This document shows, piece by piece, positions 12,417-25,100 of a stretch of DNA of 64,000 nt (the stretch's first letter is position 1; each line of letters opens with the position of its first letter). The position numbers and the translations under genes are program-made. Below the pieces are notes generated by a model. It did no database searches, had not been told where the DNA came from, and worked only from the letters and a program-made list of their open reading frames with translations. Origin of the DNA: Marsupella aquatica. Taxonomy: Eukaryota > Plantae > Marchantiophyta. The stretch lies in assembly GCA_973895155.1 (NCBI GenBank), contig OZ316897.1:20091224-20155223 (forward strand), written 5' to 3'.

Positions 12417-13521
12417 TTAGTGCTGGGGGGTCAATTACCAAAAACTGTAGGAACTATGTGCAATCCAAAATAAGCATTTTAGATATCAAAAAACTTAGGT
12501 AATCAAAGAAGGTAATTTTGAAAAGACAAATCAAAACAGTGGACACAAAATCTGAATAATACAAAGCATGAAAGTTGGATTCACCATATAGCATATAATT
12601 AGGAGTGTCAAATTATGTCAGAAATAAACTGACTCATCTAATAATGGTTGAGTGTATTAATAGATTTATTCATTGGCCAACTTTCCATTAACATATCTTG
12701 GGCTAGGGCCCTTCTTCAAATATGTAAGTTGTGACTCATCTAATAAAGCTTGAGTGTGCTAATAGATTTATTTGATCATTGGCCAACTTTCCATGACATA
12801 TCTTGGGCTAGCGCCCTCCATCAATTAAATATGTAAGTTAATGATCTTTGTCACATTTTGCTCTACCTGAACGCCTCTGATGGCAGTATGCATGAATTGT
12901 TGGAGAATTAATCTATGTTTTTCTGAATAAACATATTGCGCAAAAACTCCCAAAAATTAAATTCATGATGTGTGAAGATTGGAAAGATAAACTAAATGCA
13001 CTATAAGCCAACACAAAAATTTAGCCTCTTCCTTCATTTGTAGTGCGTGTAGGCAATGGCAGTAAGTCTGTTATTATTCCCCAAAGTTATACGGAAGTAC
13101 TCAAAAAGTTTACCACACTGACTCTTCTAGTATCTCACGACATATAAACGTTGAATTGGCATTCATTTGATGTGAAAACTATTTCACTGTCATGCAATGT
13201 AACTAGGAGAAGCTAGATATAACTTGATGTGGCAAGCTGTACAACAAACTTAATTTGCTAATATATATGTTCACATTGAATAAGATTGAAATGCTCCAGT
13301 GGGCTGCAATCTCCTATAATTTGATTCTGAGAGATTATCAATGTTCCAAATCTTGCAAACTATCATCATAATTTACACTATCTGAAGTAGGATGAGTATT
13401 TTCTATAGTTTGAATGTAATGAATTGGTTTTACCTCAGTCAGTCACATCATTATTTCTGGGCCAAGAGAGTGTAATCTTTACCATAATTTACATGTTCTT
13501 TGCTAATTGGTAGCCGCTGGT

Positions 13522-13655
13522 CTAGGATGTCAAGGGAAGGCTGTTCAAGGTCAAGACCTCTGTCAATCTTGGCCCAATCCAGTTTTGAAATCATAATCAG
13601 AACCTTCTCCACTGTTCTTGCTTCCCTGTTTGATTGAACGTTGTCTTAGTCGACC
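13522..13655 (-). pseudogene. Decayed third CHS copy, C-terminal fragment only
   Basis: Minus strand reads [25 protein letters not shown]..(indels)..EVLTLNSLPLTS* versus [44 protein letters not shown] in copy 2. The GFGPG motif is disrupted and the fragment ends next to a MITE-like terminus at 13669. Confidence 0.85.
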
Positions 13656-13668
13656 CTTGGAGCACTAA

Positions 13669-13912
13669 GGGTGGCTTTACAAGACGACGGGGCACATATT
13701 TTTTTCCTGGTCTCCAAGATGTAATCAGGGCACTGCAATCCATTGGGGAGATACAGTTGTTCACTTTTCAATACGTTGGGGCAATTTCATTCCAAACTTA
13801 ATGCCAATCCCATGCTCGCCTACATGGAATGGAGTACGTGGGCCCAGGTTTTGCTTATATTATGTGGAGGAAGTTTCTGTCCCAGTTTTAGACCGCCTCT
13901 GTTGCCTGGAGG
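13669..13912. mobile_element. Second copy of the same MITE family, inverted
   Basis: TAA then GGGTGGCTTTACAAGAC; 13669-13912 aligns with the reverse complement of 12180-12416. Confidence 0.6.
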
Positions 13913-14297
13913 TCAAAGTGTGCATCTCCACTTTTTTGTAAATGAATGTGATGCAGTTGTACTTAGCCACTCAGTTACAATTGCTCTCAAACCCCCTTCT
14001 AAAATTTCAGGTCTCAAACAAGTAGAGCACTTCCATGTGATGGACAATTCTGTCATAAGTGTGGTGTATAGGCCCGGGTATAAAGGTAAACCCTTGTCTG
14101 ACATTTTAAAACCAAGGCCATATTTCTAATGCAAACGTAACAGAGGCCACAGTACTCTACTTAAACACGTTTGGTCTCAACATTACCAATACAAAAAGAA
14201 GGTGACAGTACATATATAATCTTACTTATAGTCGTCTTTAGTGGCAATGTTCCTGTAATTACATTCTCATTTGTAATGGTAATGTTATTTTAATTAC

Positions 14298-14620
14298 ACT
14301 AGCTCAATACCCGCATGTTGCACAAAACATGCAGTGACACCCAAGATAACGTTAGATGAAAGATATCATGAAATGAAATATGTTCTTAAGAAAAACGATG
14401 TTGAATGTGATGCTCAAGATGTTGTTCTGTGAAACATGTCGTGAAATGAAAAGTTATTTTGTCAAAGATGTCATTATGTGAAAGATGTTGTCAAATTTTT
14501 AAAATGTTGTTAAAAAAGAAGAAGTAGTTTTGTCAAAGATGTGATTATATGAAAGTTGTCATCAAGTAAAATGATGTAAGTACAAAGATGTTAAAAAAAA
14601 AAAGTTCTTTCGCCAAACTA
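14298..14620 (-). mobile_element. Helitron 3'-end remnant with short AAAGATGT-rich tandem repeats
   Basis: Minus strand ends GTGCAACATGCGGGTATTGAGCTAG|T, resembling the Helitron subterminal hairpin plus CTAG terminus. It interrupts the right arm of the inverted duplication. Confidence 0.5.
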
Positions 14621-16198
14621 AAATGTCCATGCCATGATCTTTACTATGTCTTTGGACCTTATGTTTTTGTTTTTGTGGCAGTGAAAATGACATGAAACAA
14701 ATGAATATAAAAATCACACCAAAATATTGGAATAATACTTTTTTATGTGATTAGTGTATGTACTCACCTTATTGACTAAAGTAGGATTTGCAATTTAACT
14801 TTTCCAAGTATTAGACAAAACTATGCAATATTATTCTATTGAGTATGAGGGAAGATACTCATTGACCATGGAGGGAAGATAAACCTTGTTTTTGTTTATC
14901 TCATTTGATTCACTCTCTAACAATGGTGTGACTCTTGTCCATTTACACTAAACTAAATTCACTTTTTGGCTTTATTCCTTCTCCTCTTACATGATTTTTC
15001 ATTTTTTTATGCCCTGAAAATTTGACTGAGGACCGCTTCAAGAAATGGCGCAATTCTTTATTATAGGAGTCAATCTTTGGTATCAAAGCACTTAAAAACA
15101 AGTGTTTATATAAATTTGTTATTTCCAGGACGACGCTCCAGTTAGAGCTTACCATCAGCGACTCGCCTTTGATATCAACGAACAGAGCGCATCTAGTGCA
15201 AGGTTACAGTTCGAACGAAGCATGTCTAGTGCAAGCAACTTACATTGCACTCAGGAAAACTAATAAATATTCTGCAAATTTCATACCATTCGTAAATTTT
15301 CTATTCGTTTCTGGAGTAGTCTTGGAGTAAAAATTCACGGTCAAGCATTGTAAATAATATACATTCAACCAAGACACAAATTACCATTCTCACTTAAACA
15401 ACGGCAAGATAGAGTACACCACAAAACTAGAGGCGACAGAAAACGTGGCCAATCAGAATAACACCAGGTTCATCTATGAATAGATTCTCGTACTATCAGA
15501 TTTGCGAGGCAGACAGCCTGAATATCCCAAAACAGCAGTCAATGTGGATCGATTTCATTAAAAGTTTCTGGAGGCTTTTTCATTGCACTAATGACGAGAC
15601 ATGTGATTTGTCACAAAGTTTCTGAAATGTAGAATGTATGACAGTAAAGCTTAAGAAATGAGTATTTTTCTCAGTAAAAGGAAATAGACGAGTCTCTTAT
15701 TTACAAAAGTGAACAATTGATGTGTGAACATCGGCACAGGCGAGAACAATAGTATGCTAAGGTAAATAATTTACGGTTCACGAATGAGTGCACATTGCGG
15801 CGTATGTAATTTTCGAGGTTCACCTCAGCATATCAGGTTCGATGTCACGTTTCCGATGACTATCCTTGGCTACTACATTCTGAAATTCGATTATAGCAAC
15901 CCAGCTTGGCGTACGAATTAGACTTGAAATGAATTGAATTGTCAACTCGGCTGGACACAATGCTTTACCATGTCTTTTCATAACTGATCAACCCGTTTTC
16001 AAAGTTCGAAATTTAGGAGTATTCTGATGGAGCACACCCTTCTTGGAACTCTTCCGCCATAGAGACATTGCCCTTCAAAGAGGCTGGCTGATATTTTACG
16101 CCTCGAAACAGTCAAATTACCTGATTTGGACAGTGTTGCAATCTTCTCCACCCATTTTCGAGATCCAGTTTTTCTGGCAGATGGCAAGACTTCACTAA

Positions 16199-17729
16199 CT
16201 ATACCGCCAATGGAAGACTTTTCAAAGTCAAAACCTCCAATGTCAGCCCCGGACCAAATCCAATCACGAATCCATAGTCCGAACCTTCCCCGCTGTTCTT
16301 GCTACCATTCTCGATTGAACGTTGTCTAATTCTGTCGAGGACGAACAGAACGGTTGCGCTCGACATGTTTCCATAATCGGAGAGAGTATCTCGGCTTCCT
16401 CCCATCTTCGTCTTCTCCAGACCAAGCTTAGCCTCCACTTGGTCGAGAATAGCGGGACCTCCTGGGTGCACAGCCCAGAACATCTCGTTCCACTCTGGTG
16501 ACCCAACCGCTTTTCTTGCTTCCACCAGAAACTTCTCAATATTCTTGGAGATGAGACCGGGAACATCCTTCAACAGGTGGAACATGAGCCCGGCTTCAGT
16601 GAGATGTCCATCAATGGCACCATCGCTCTCCGGGATGATGGTTTCTCCAGCCCACTTGATCTCAAAGATTGGTCTCTCAATCCCTGGCCTGGGATCAGAA
16701 CCAAGGATAATGGCTGCAGCGCCATCGCCAAACAATGCAGATCCGACCAGGCCGTCGACGTGAGTTTCGCTGGGGGCTCTGAATGTCACGCAAGTTACCT
16801 CACTGGCTATCACCAACACGCGAGCTCCCTTGTTGTTCTCGGCCAAATCCTTCCCGACGCGCAGGACTGACGCTCCTCCGTAGCAGCCGATTTGGTACAT
16901 CATCACTCTCCTCACTGTGGGGCGTAGTCCCAGCAGCCTGGCCACGGCGTGGTCTGCTCCTGGCATGTTCACCCCGCTGGTCGTGGCGAACACAACATGG
17001 GTGATTTCAGACTTCTTTCCACCCCATTCTTTGATGGCCTTCACTGCAGCCTCTTGCGCCAGCTTGGGCACCTGGGCAATGGCAATCTCTTGTCGAATGT
17101 TCAGAGATGGCTCTAGGTATGTTGGGATCGTCGGATTCGCCCGCAGACGCTCCTCAGTCATGTAGAAGTGCCTCTTCTTAATGCCGGATCGGTCACCTGA
17201 GATAGCAACTCAACGTCAGTACACTCGACAACCACAATCGCTGCTGTAGCATCATCTCGTTAAGCGCCGTGCGAAAGTATGTATATAAGACTTGTATCAC
17301 ATGTTACTTTTCATAAGTTGTTTGTTGGCCGAGTAAATATAAAAGACATGAGGAAAACAACTTCTCAAAACCCAACCCAGCGATATGCTGTCGGGATGGC
17401 AGGGTTAAGTTGTTTCTAGACTTCTTATCGATCTGCATATATGACAATTACGCTGCAAGGTCTGCGCATCCCAATCTGATATTTGCCTCGGGACCGTGAG
17501 ATGACTTACAAATGCGAGTGAACTTCTTCTTGAGCTCGGGCTTGTCATTGCTGTTGGTGATGTTGAAGAAAAATTCAGGGTACTCGTCTTGCATGTGCAC
17601 GTTGGGAGGAACAGCTGTTCCGATACCTAGCACAGCTGCTGATCCTTCTGATGGTGCATCTCTCTGAAGGTTGAAGCTGGAAGGAATGCTGAAGGCGGCC
17701 GTCTCGTCTTGGGGTACAGCGGGTGCCAT
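16199..17729 (-). CDS. CHS: Chalcone synthase-like type III polyketide synthase, copy 2 (2 exons: 17729-17510, 17196-16199; 405 aa)
   Basis: Same exon lengths as copy 1 (220 + 998 nt) and same intron position (17509-17197, GTAAGT...CTCAG). Only about 7 differences in the last 320 aa. The true start is the ATG at 17729; the ORF-track start at 17738 is a TTG. Confidence 0.95.
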
Positions 17730-17994
17730 CTCAGACAAAATGGGCGAAGCTCGTTACTCCAAAATGAAAGGAACAAGGTCGGATCGTTACTCAGCACAGT
17801 TCACAGCAACCAACCTCACAAAGAGTAGTGCCTATTCTGCTCAGTCTATCAGTGCCGAGATCGACAAAGCCTTGTGAAGATGCAGGACTAAGTCGAGGTT
17901 ACTGCTTACTCGACGCACAGGGATATCCGCCAGATCTTAGGATGATCGCCTGACACTTAGCTTTCGATTCTGCACTAGATCTCAGGAGGGAGGC

Positions 17995-18001
17995 ATTTAT
18001 A
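17995..18001 (-). promoter_or_regulatory. Putative TATA box of CHS copy 2
   Basis: TATAAAT on the minus strand about 270 nt upstream of the ATG at 17729. Confidence 0.45.
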
Positions 18002-18277
18002 CCAATGTACTGGAGGATGAGTGCCAGGAACAGAAGCTTGGTGGGGTACGTGTTTGACCGTGCACTCCAGACAATTCGTGGTACGCCCAGGTAAGAATCC
18101 TCTGACTCAGGTAATACCCGATTCTGAATCCACGAGTGGACCAAATCGTCATCGATCGACTCGTGAAGGGCGGTGTAGAGTGGCTTCACTAGTTCGCAAT
18201 ATTGGCACCTAGTGTTGAGTTATCACAAAGCTCCTCCCACGTCATTTAGCTTTACTGATTGCAGATATTCGGCTCTT

Positions 18278-18867
18278 CACCAAACGTGATTTTCAGCGGC
18301 TCCTGTTGTTAATAAATTACGTCTTTTTCGTAATTTGTATGCTCTCAAATTTAATGTTAAAGGGCTCTTGTCTTCAGTCTGGTGAGACACGCGCGCTTAG
18401 AGCTGGAAAAAAGTGAGAAGCAAGTCGATCAGACACTGTATTCAAGTGTTACGTGGTCAGCTTTGATCATTGCCACAAGACTCGCCACACGAATCTACTG
18501 AAAGTGACGATCCAGCCTCCAGGGGTCCAATCTAGGCGCCCTGCTAGAGTTGGTTCTTTCACCAAACGCACATCATTCACTCATTGTAAAGTGTAAACCA
18601 GCATCCAAGGGATCTTGTATCAGTCAGGAACGGAAAAATACTCAAAGTTTGTTCCAGTACTCTGGTGATATCAAAATATCTAAAAATGAACCACAGACGG
18701 TAGTCTGTTTCGACGTGGCCAGCTAAGTCATTGTCGCAAGATTCTAAGCATGATGATCGCCACATTAAGCCAAATATCCGGCATTTTTACAGCTAGCTAG
18801 TGAGCCTGGCCCGTCCTAATTAGCCGGAGTGCACGAGTTGGTTCCTTCACCAAACTTTTCACCAAAC
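18278..18867. promoter_or_regulatory. Cluster of four CACCAAAC (AC-element/MYB-type) motifs upstream of CHS copy 2
   Basis: CACCAAAC at 18278, 18560, 18848 and 18860; two lie in a near-identical 21-bp repeat GAGTTGGTTCYTTCACCAAAC. Fits the ACC(A/T)A(A/C)(T/C) R2R3-MYB consensus known from phenylpropanoid promoters. Confidence 0.4.
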
Positions 18868-21800
18868 TACTACACTAGTTTGAGACCAAACAGTCGTTAA
18901 TTAAATGCATGTACAAGTGAAAAGCAGGATGAAAGGATTCATAAGAGAAAGCCATACGGATTGGAGATTTTGTTTCAATATTAGTCCCATTCCAAATGAA
19001 CTTGGGAGAGGGCCGGAATCGAACCCACCGTCCCAGATTCCCACTAAATTTATCCGATTCCAAATGTCCTTGGGCGAGGTCGAAATCGAAACTGCCGTCC
19101 CGGATTCCCAGTAGAAAAATCTCAGCATGTTCAAACAAATAAAATTTCACGATTACGTATCCAGTTTTGGCGACTCAGAGACTTAAAAACGTACACCACT
19201 TAGAACAAACACCACTTACTAGGCACATAAATCACTGAACTTCTGTCGAAAATTTTCAAACCCACTAAAATATTAGAAGAATCCCATTGTTTGGTAGCAA
19301 AGCGAGTAGCAAAGAGGGTACGTACACATGTGACTAGCGACTGCATGGCTGCAATCGGAGTGACAGGTGGTGTAATTTCCAAAAGTTTCTTACAGGAGAC
19401 ACCGCGCAAATATCACAAAGATACAAGATAGTTACAAACTGTAACAAACAATATGCAAAATAATGTGATGTCCAATATAAATATATTTGACGTGTTGTGA
19501 TAAATATCCATTGCGGTCGGGAGCGTAGATGGGATACTTCCTCAAAGGTGTTGAATGAGAGGTGTTGAATGAGATGTATATATTTCGTTGACGAGTATTT
19601 AATTTGTGAAAAAATAAATTTCTAGCAATTCTGCTATACACAAAGAAAATTCATTACAGTTAACGTTTACAGTTGAGTCGATCGAGCAGCTGTATCAAGC
19701 ACTACCGTAGACACTGGTTGGTGCACCGTGTGCGCATGCGGAATTCAGCTTTCCGCCTTCTTTTAGATCGAGAGCCTATAGCTTGAACTTTAGACGTCAG
19801 GTTAAAGGAGAACGACGCTGGAACTATTTGGTGACACTGGACTCTTCTCTTGACGGCCAATCCAGACATGTCGGCCGGGCCGTGCTGACGAATTGCGGGC
19901 TTTTGCCGCCGTTGCCCATTCCGGGCAGTTGAGGTTCCTTTCCGAGTTTCCGGGCAGAATCTACTGACCGTCCCACTGTCCAGCTCCGCGGGCACGTCCG
20001 GGCTGCCCGGGAAAGTTTTCTATTAAGTGGCCGCTGTCTGGGCAGGATGGGCTGCCCGGGAGAAATGACGCAGGCTGACCGTGTATAAGGACTTCGGAGA
20101 GTGCTGACTGTATGACTCAACCAATACGGAGTCAAATACGTACATCATTGTACTATGGTACCATACTTACATATAAATACACCTCAAACCACTAGTGACA
20201 CAAATGAAACTTTATACACACAAAAGTTGTTTTTTGCGCCTATTCTAAAAACATGGCATGTACATATGCATTAGGGTGTTTCAAAGTTTGACAATTTCAT
20301 TGACCTTAAGTCTCTAGTCATGACTTATGGACATAAAGAAAGACTACAAAATTCATAGTCCATATTCATAGTCCATAATTTTTTGCCATAAAGATTATTC
20401 TTATGGCATTACCATTAGTCACTGTGAAGACATAATAATTTTTACACAACCTTGTGAAAAAGGTATGACCATTCCTTTATGGCATAATAGTTTCATACTT
20501 AATTTTGAAGCTTTGAGACTCACTATTGGGCTAATAATAGTATATTTGAGTCAATCAATTTGTCCAGTATTTTGTCCATCCAATTGCCTCCCTTCTCATG
20601 TTCTCTTAGTTATCAGAGTTATATACATGATATAACTTTTAATTACTTTCCACTAATTAAAGACATTGAATTTGATAGTACTACCATGGTACGTTTCTTT
20701 TTTAATTCATAAATATGTCATTGATTTGTATATAGATGACAAGTTTAACAAAGTAACAAGGGTGTGAATACTAATATATGAGAACTGCAGCATATTTGTT
20801 AGTAAATACTATAAAAATACTGGCAATATGATAAATTAGAACATCATTAGTTGCAATGTAGTTAAAAGCTCACACATGATATCATAGCCCAATGCCTATG
20901 AGTTGCACATTATTGTTGATAGTAAATAATGTTCAAGAAAAATTTTGGCAGGCATATGTTCAATGATTGTTGAACACTAGGGGGAATTGACAATTGGATT
21001 TCAAAGAATGTATAAGTTATGGGGAGAACAATTTTGGCAAGCATATGTTCAATGAACACTAACGAGAAATTAAGAATTGGATTTCAAAGAGTGTGCAAGC
21101 TATGGGCAGTGATAGGTTGGGCGGCGGAAAGTACACAGACTTGGCACCTTGAGGCTTTAGAAAAGAATGTCAACCATAATAGAACTGCCAGGAGTCTTCC
21201 CACCAGAATGGCATTTAGCAAACATGGCCATCCATGATTCCATGCACAAAGAATCATGGAAATCAACTATACTGTAGTCTTGAACGTTTTGGGAGATATC
21301 CATGGGAAAGAAAGAGCTGGAAATTTTGTCTTTTGTAGTTTTAACGGTTTGGGAGATGTGACAGTATCAACATTTTAATCGGGCGAAAATGTAGTATTGT
21401 TTATGTAAATTTTTTTCGATTTGAAAACTACAATTCACGTAGCAATCGATCACAGAACTGCATCGAAGTTGTCGAGCGACATTGTTGCTTTTTGCTTGTT
21501 AGGAAGCTGCTTACCTGGCAACTTCCAACAGTATGGGATGCTTAATTTAGCGACTCGAGCTTCGATCGACTGCAAAGCAAGGTAGATGCACACACTGTAG
21601 ACCATGTGACCACCCTCCCGGCTACCTTTGTTGGTGGGTGGTGGCACGGGATCGATAGACGTGGTTGATTCTCGATGATCCGTCCCGGAATTCTTTCTGG
21701 GAGAGTGGAAGCATGTGCTGTCAAGTACATGCATTCTCCGATTCAAGCTATGGATGCTTACATTGCAGGCCTCGGGGGCAGGCCTATGGAATTACAGTTG

Positions 21801-22103
21801 AAAAATGACTCCGTGTCCAATCCAGTGCGCAGCGAAACTTGAGGCGCTACTGTAGTTGCATGGTTTGGGATGCTTCTTTCAAAGTTCTTTGAGACTTGGG
21901 GACATCTACATTCGTGTTAGGTACTCATTTGTATCGATGTGCATGTTTTGTATGCCGTGTCCTGCGCCGTCAGCCATTCCGTTTGAAGGGGGACTTTCAG
22001 CTGCCATGTGTCTTAGCCAGATGACGCTTTTCCTGAAATCTTTTGACCTGTAGAGGACCATCGATCAGGGCTTTAGAGTATACTAGCTTTCGAAGAACAG
22101 TGA

Positions 22104-22138
22104 GAAAGGAAGAAAGGAAGAAAGGAAGAAAGGAAAGG
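22104..22138 (+). repeat. (GAAAGGAA)n microsatellite
   Basis: Read directly from the sequence. Confidence 0.85.
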
Positions 22139-25100
22139 CATGAGGGGCATGCACAGGCTTCCAAGTTTTGAAATCATGAGAGTCGGCTTACTATTCGCTC
22201 GTAATTCTGATTCCTCGTTGTCCTCCTGAGAATCACACCATCGGTTGGTGAAGTTAGCCCAACACGCGCTCCATCTTCTCCTGAAGAAGTGATATGGACG
22301 GCACTTTTTGTCTCTCTCCGCCATTGACCCCTCAATCACGAAATATTCTTTGATTCACACCTTAGCAAGAGCTATGTTCTACGGTAGCTACCAGTAGTTA
22401 TCTGTCCCAGCAATCGATTGTGTACACTGGGAGCACTAAAATCACGTACAGTTGACCAGCATCCGGTCATACGGTCAATGTATGATGTGACAGACTGTTC
22501 ACTTGCAATGTAAAGCAGGCATGGAGGTGATTGGTGACAGATGATTATCTGGCCACTCGTATCAAAATCTTAGCTGGCATTTAGCGTCGGAATTCTGGGT
22601 TCACTGTTATCAACAGCTCAGCAAGGCTTCAGTGTCGGAGATGTGGGCTCTCAACTGGAGACTTTCATTAACTTAAACGACGACGTAAATGTCTACACCT
22701 AGAGCATAATGTCAGAGAAGTTTCTAACACAAAATGGTGCTTGCGAAGAGTTTCCTGACATAGAGGCGAATCCGGCCTACTCGGGTGCAGCCGTCACCTC
22801 TTCAAAGGAAAGTCACATAGCTTAACTTTTGCTGGATTTCATGCGGATATATCTCCTGGGAGGTCTTTCTCTCTTCTTCACCCATCAAATTCTATGGCAG
22901 AGCTTACGTTGTAAACTCTACATTGGAGCATTGCTGGCTCAAGTTGGGACTCAGGTTTGAGCATTGCTGGCTCAAGATGGGACTCAGGTTTTCTGTCACT
23001 GTCGTCTCATTTAGTCTATAAGAAGCGTGGAGCTTGTTTTTGGGGAAGGGGAACGTTTGAATCTTAGCTATAATAGGTCCTGAGGTCATGTATGACTTTG
23101 AATTCACGTGATCTATAATCACTGCTCTCCTCTAGCTGTTCCCACAACTACAGTAGTCAAAGTTCTCCAACTACGAATAAGCTCGATGCCTCGATCCAGA
23201 CGCGGAAGGGTTCCCTACAGTAGCTTTCGTTGTCCACATCCAGTCGTCTCATTGTATCAGTGCTTTTTCCCGAGTACTAGAAGCTCCCCGTGTGCTGTTT
23301 ATTCCCTATCCAAGTATGCACTTCAGTGAATTTGTGGCTTGAACCAACTCGATTTTACTCATATACAGAACTTCAAGTTTATAGTTAGAGTCAACAGTGG
23401 TTCATGACCTTTTCAGGCGAGCATTTTATCTAGACATGTACTCAGGTTGTAGACGATGATAATCACATTTTCCGCCAAACGGCTGAATTACCTGGAGTGA
23501 CCAAACCTTTCTCAGAAAGAAATGAACAGTCCGATGGAGAAACCTTGCCCGATCAGAAGTAGACAGAGGCGATCATTGTACTTGCTCTCAAAGCCGAAGC
23601 GGATACAACTATCGAATCGAGAGATTGTGAAAGATGTGCGAAGCCACATACTTGCCTCTAGCTGCTCTTCCTCTAACATATAGGTGTTCCAGCAACTGAA
23701 CAGAATGGGAAGGAGTGCTCAGGGTCTTAATTAGGTAGCAATGACACTCTCAGAGTCCGCCGTCAACGGAATAGAATGGGAAGGAGTGGTCCGGGTTTTA
23801 GCCACCTTTCGCACTCTGATTAGAGTCCGCTCTCTGTACAGCTCAGGAAGATTCTTGCCTCACACGTAGATGATATGCGTCTCAGTCTATGCTTGGCTGT
23901 GCAGTGTGCAAGGTACAAGATGCGTTCACATAAATGCTAACGAATGTTATCTCACCTTTCAAAAAAGACGGCAGCCTTTGTACTGTAGATCCCATGATAA
24001 CTCAGGCTACAATAATATTTCCCTGGGCCCACGATGACGCTTGCAAGAGACAACCATATTGATAACTCAGAGAAATGTATTTGCTGACTCAAGTAATATT
24101 TTCCTCTGTTCCCTTTATGATTCTCATAAGAAACAAGGTCTTGCTAACTTATAGAAACACTTTGCATCGCAGCATCTCTGATGTTTAGTACATCGTCGCT
24201 ATAACAGGAATTAGACCGTCAGGAATATTGTGATGACAACTACGCGCTACATTCTTGCGAACGAAGGCCGCAATTGATCGTTCGCGTAGACGCAATAGCT
24301 TTGTTCGCACCACCCTGCCCTCTAGTTCTTACAAGAGAAATCGTCCCATGTACTAGGTGTCTAGCTCGTAGTTATAATACCAGTATACTGGCTAAAAGCT
24401 CACAGTCCACTGGAATTGACCGGGCATGGATAGAATCAACTGAATCAATTTTCCAAACCACTTGATGAATGCAGATGCCTCGATTACTTGATTGATTTTG
24501 GCATCGCCGGTAACATCACACCATATTCTCCTCCAACTTAATCATTTGTCAATCGTTGCCTTTGTTGCCGTCAAAAATTGCAGCGTTACAACTTCGTCTA
24601 TAATTAATCACATTTAAAACTATATAAATTGAAACTAAATTAAAAATTAGAATTGTCGCCGATCATGATGCAATACGCAGCAGCATAGTTGCACTGTTGA
24701 GCAAACCCGAACTTGAAAAAGTTGACTCGAATTGAGCATAGAAGCAATCCGTGAAAGTCTCCAGGTCTAAGATTCAAGAATTTACGGCATCAAAAAGTAG
24801 AGACACTTCTTGCGGTCAAAAATGAGTACTCTGAAGAAAGAGCGGCAGTTCCCCTGGAAAGGTGAGAGGAAATTGAAGGTTTCTAGCACAATCTCCAATG
24901 TCAGATTGTAAGAAATCTTCCCGTGGTGGTCCGGCCCACTTCATTTCAAGGTGAATGGCAATTTCTCTCTTTCTCGAAGACGTGCAGAATGGGGATCAGC
25001 CTGGCGATTGGAGAATTGAGAAGAACGGCATTGGCAACTTTGTTGGATCTGCAGGCTGAGTAGATGCAGTGGAACGATTGTGCAACTATTCCAGAACCCA

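Noticed and set aside
23838-23860. Partial resemblance to miR390 (AGCTCAGGA...)
   Set aside because: Too many mismatches and no complementary arm seen.
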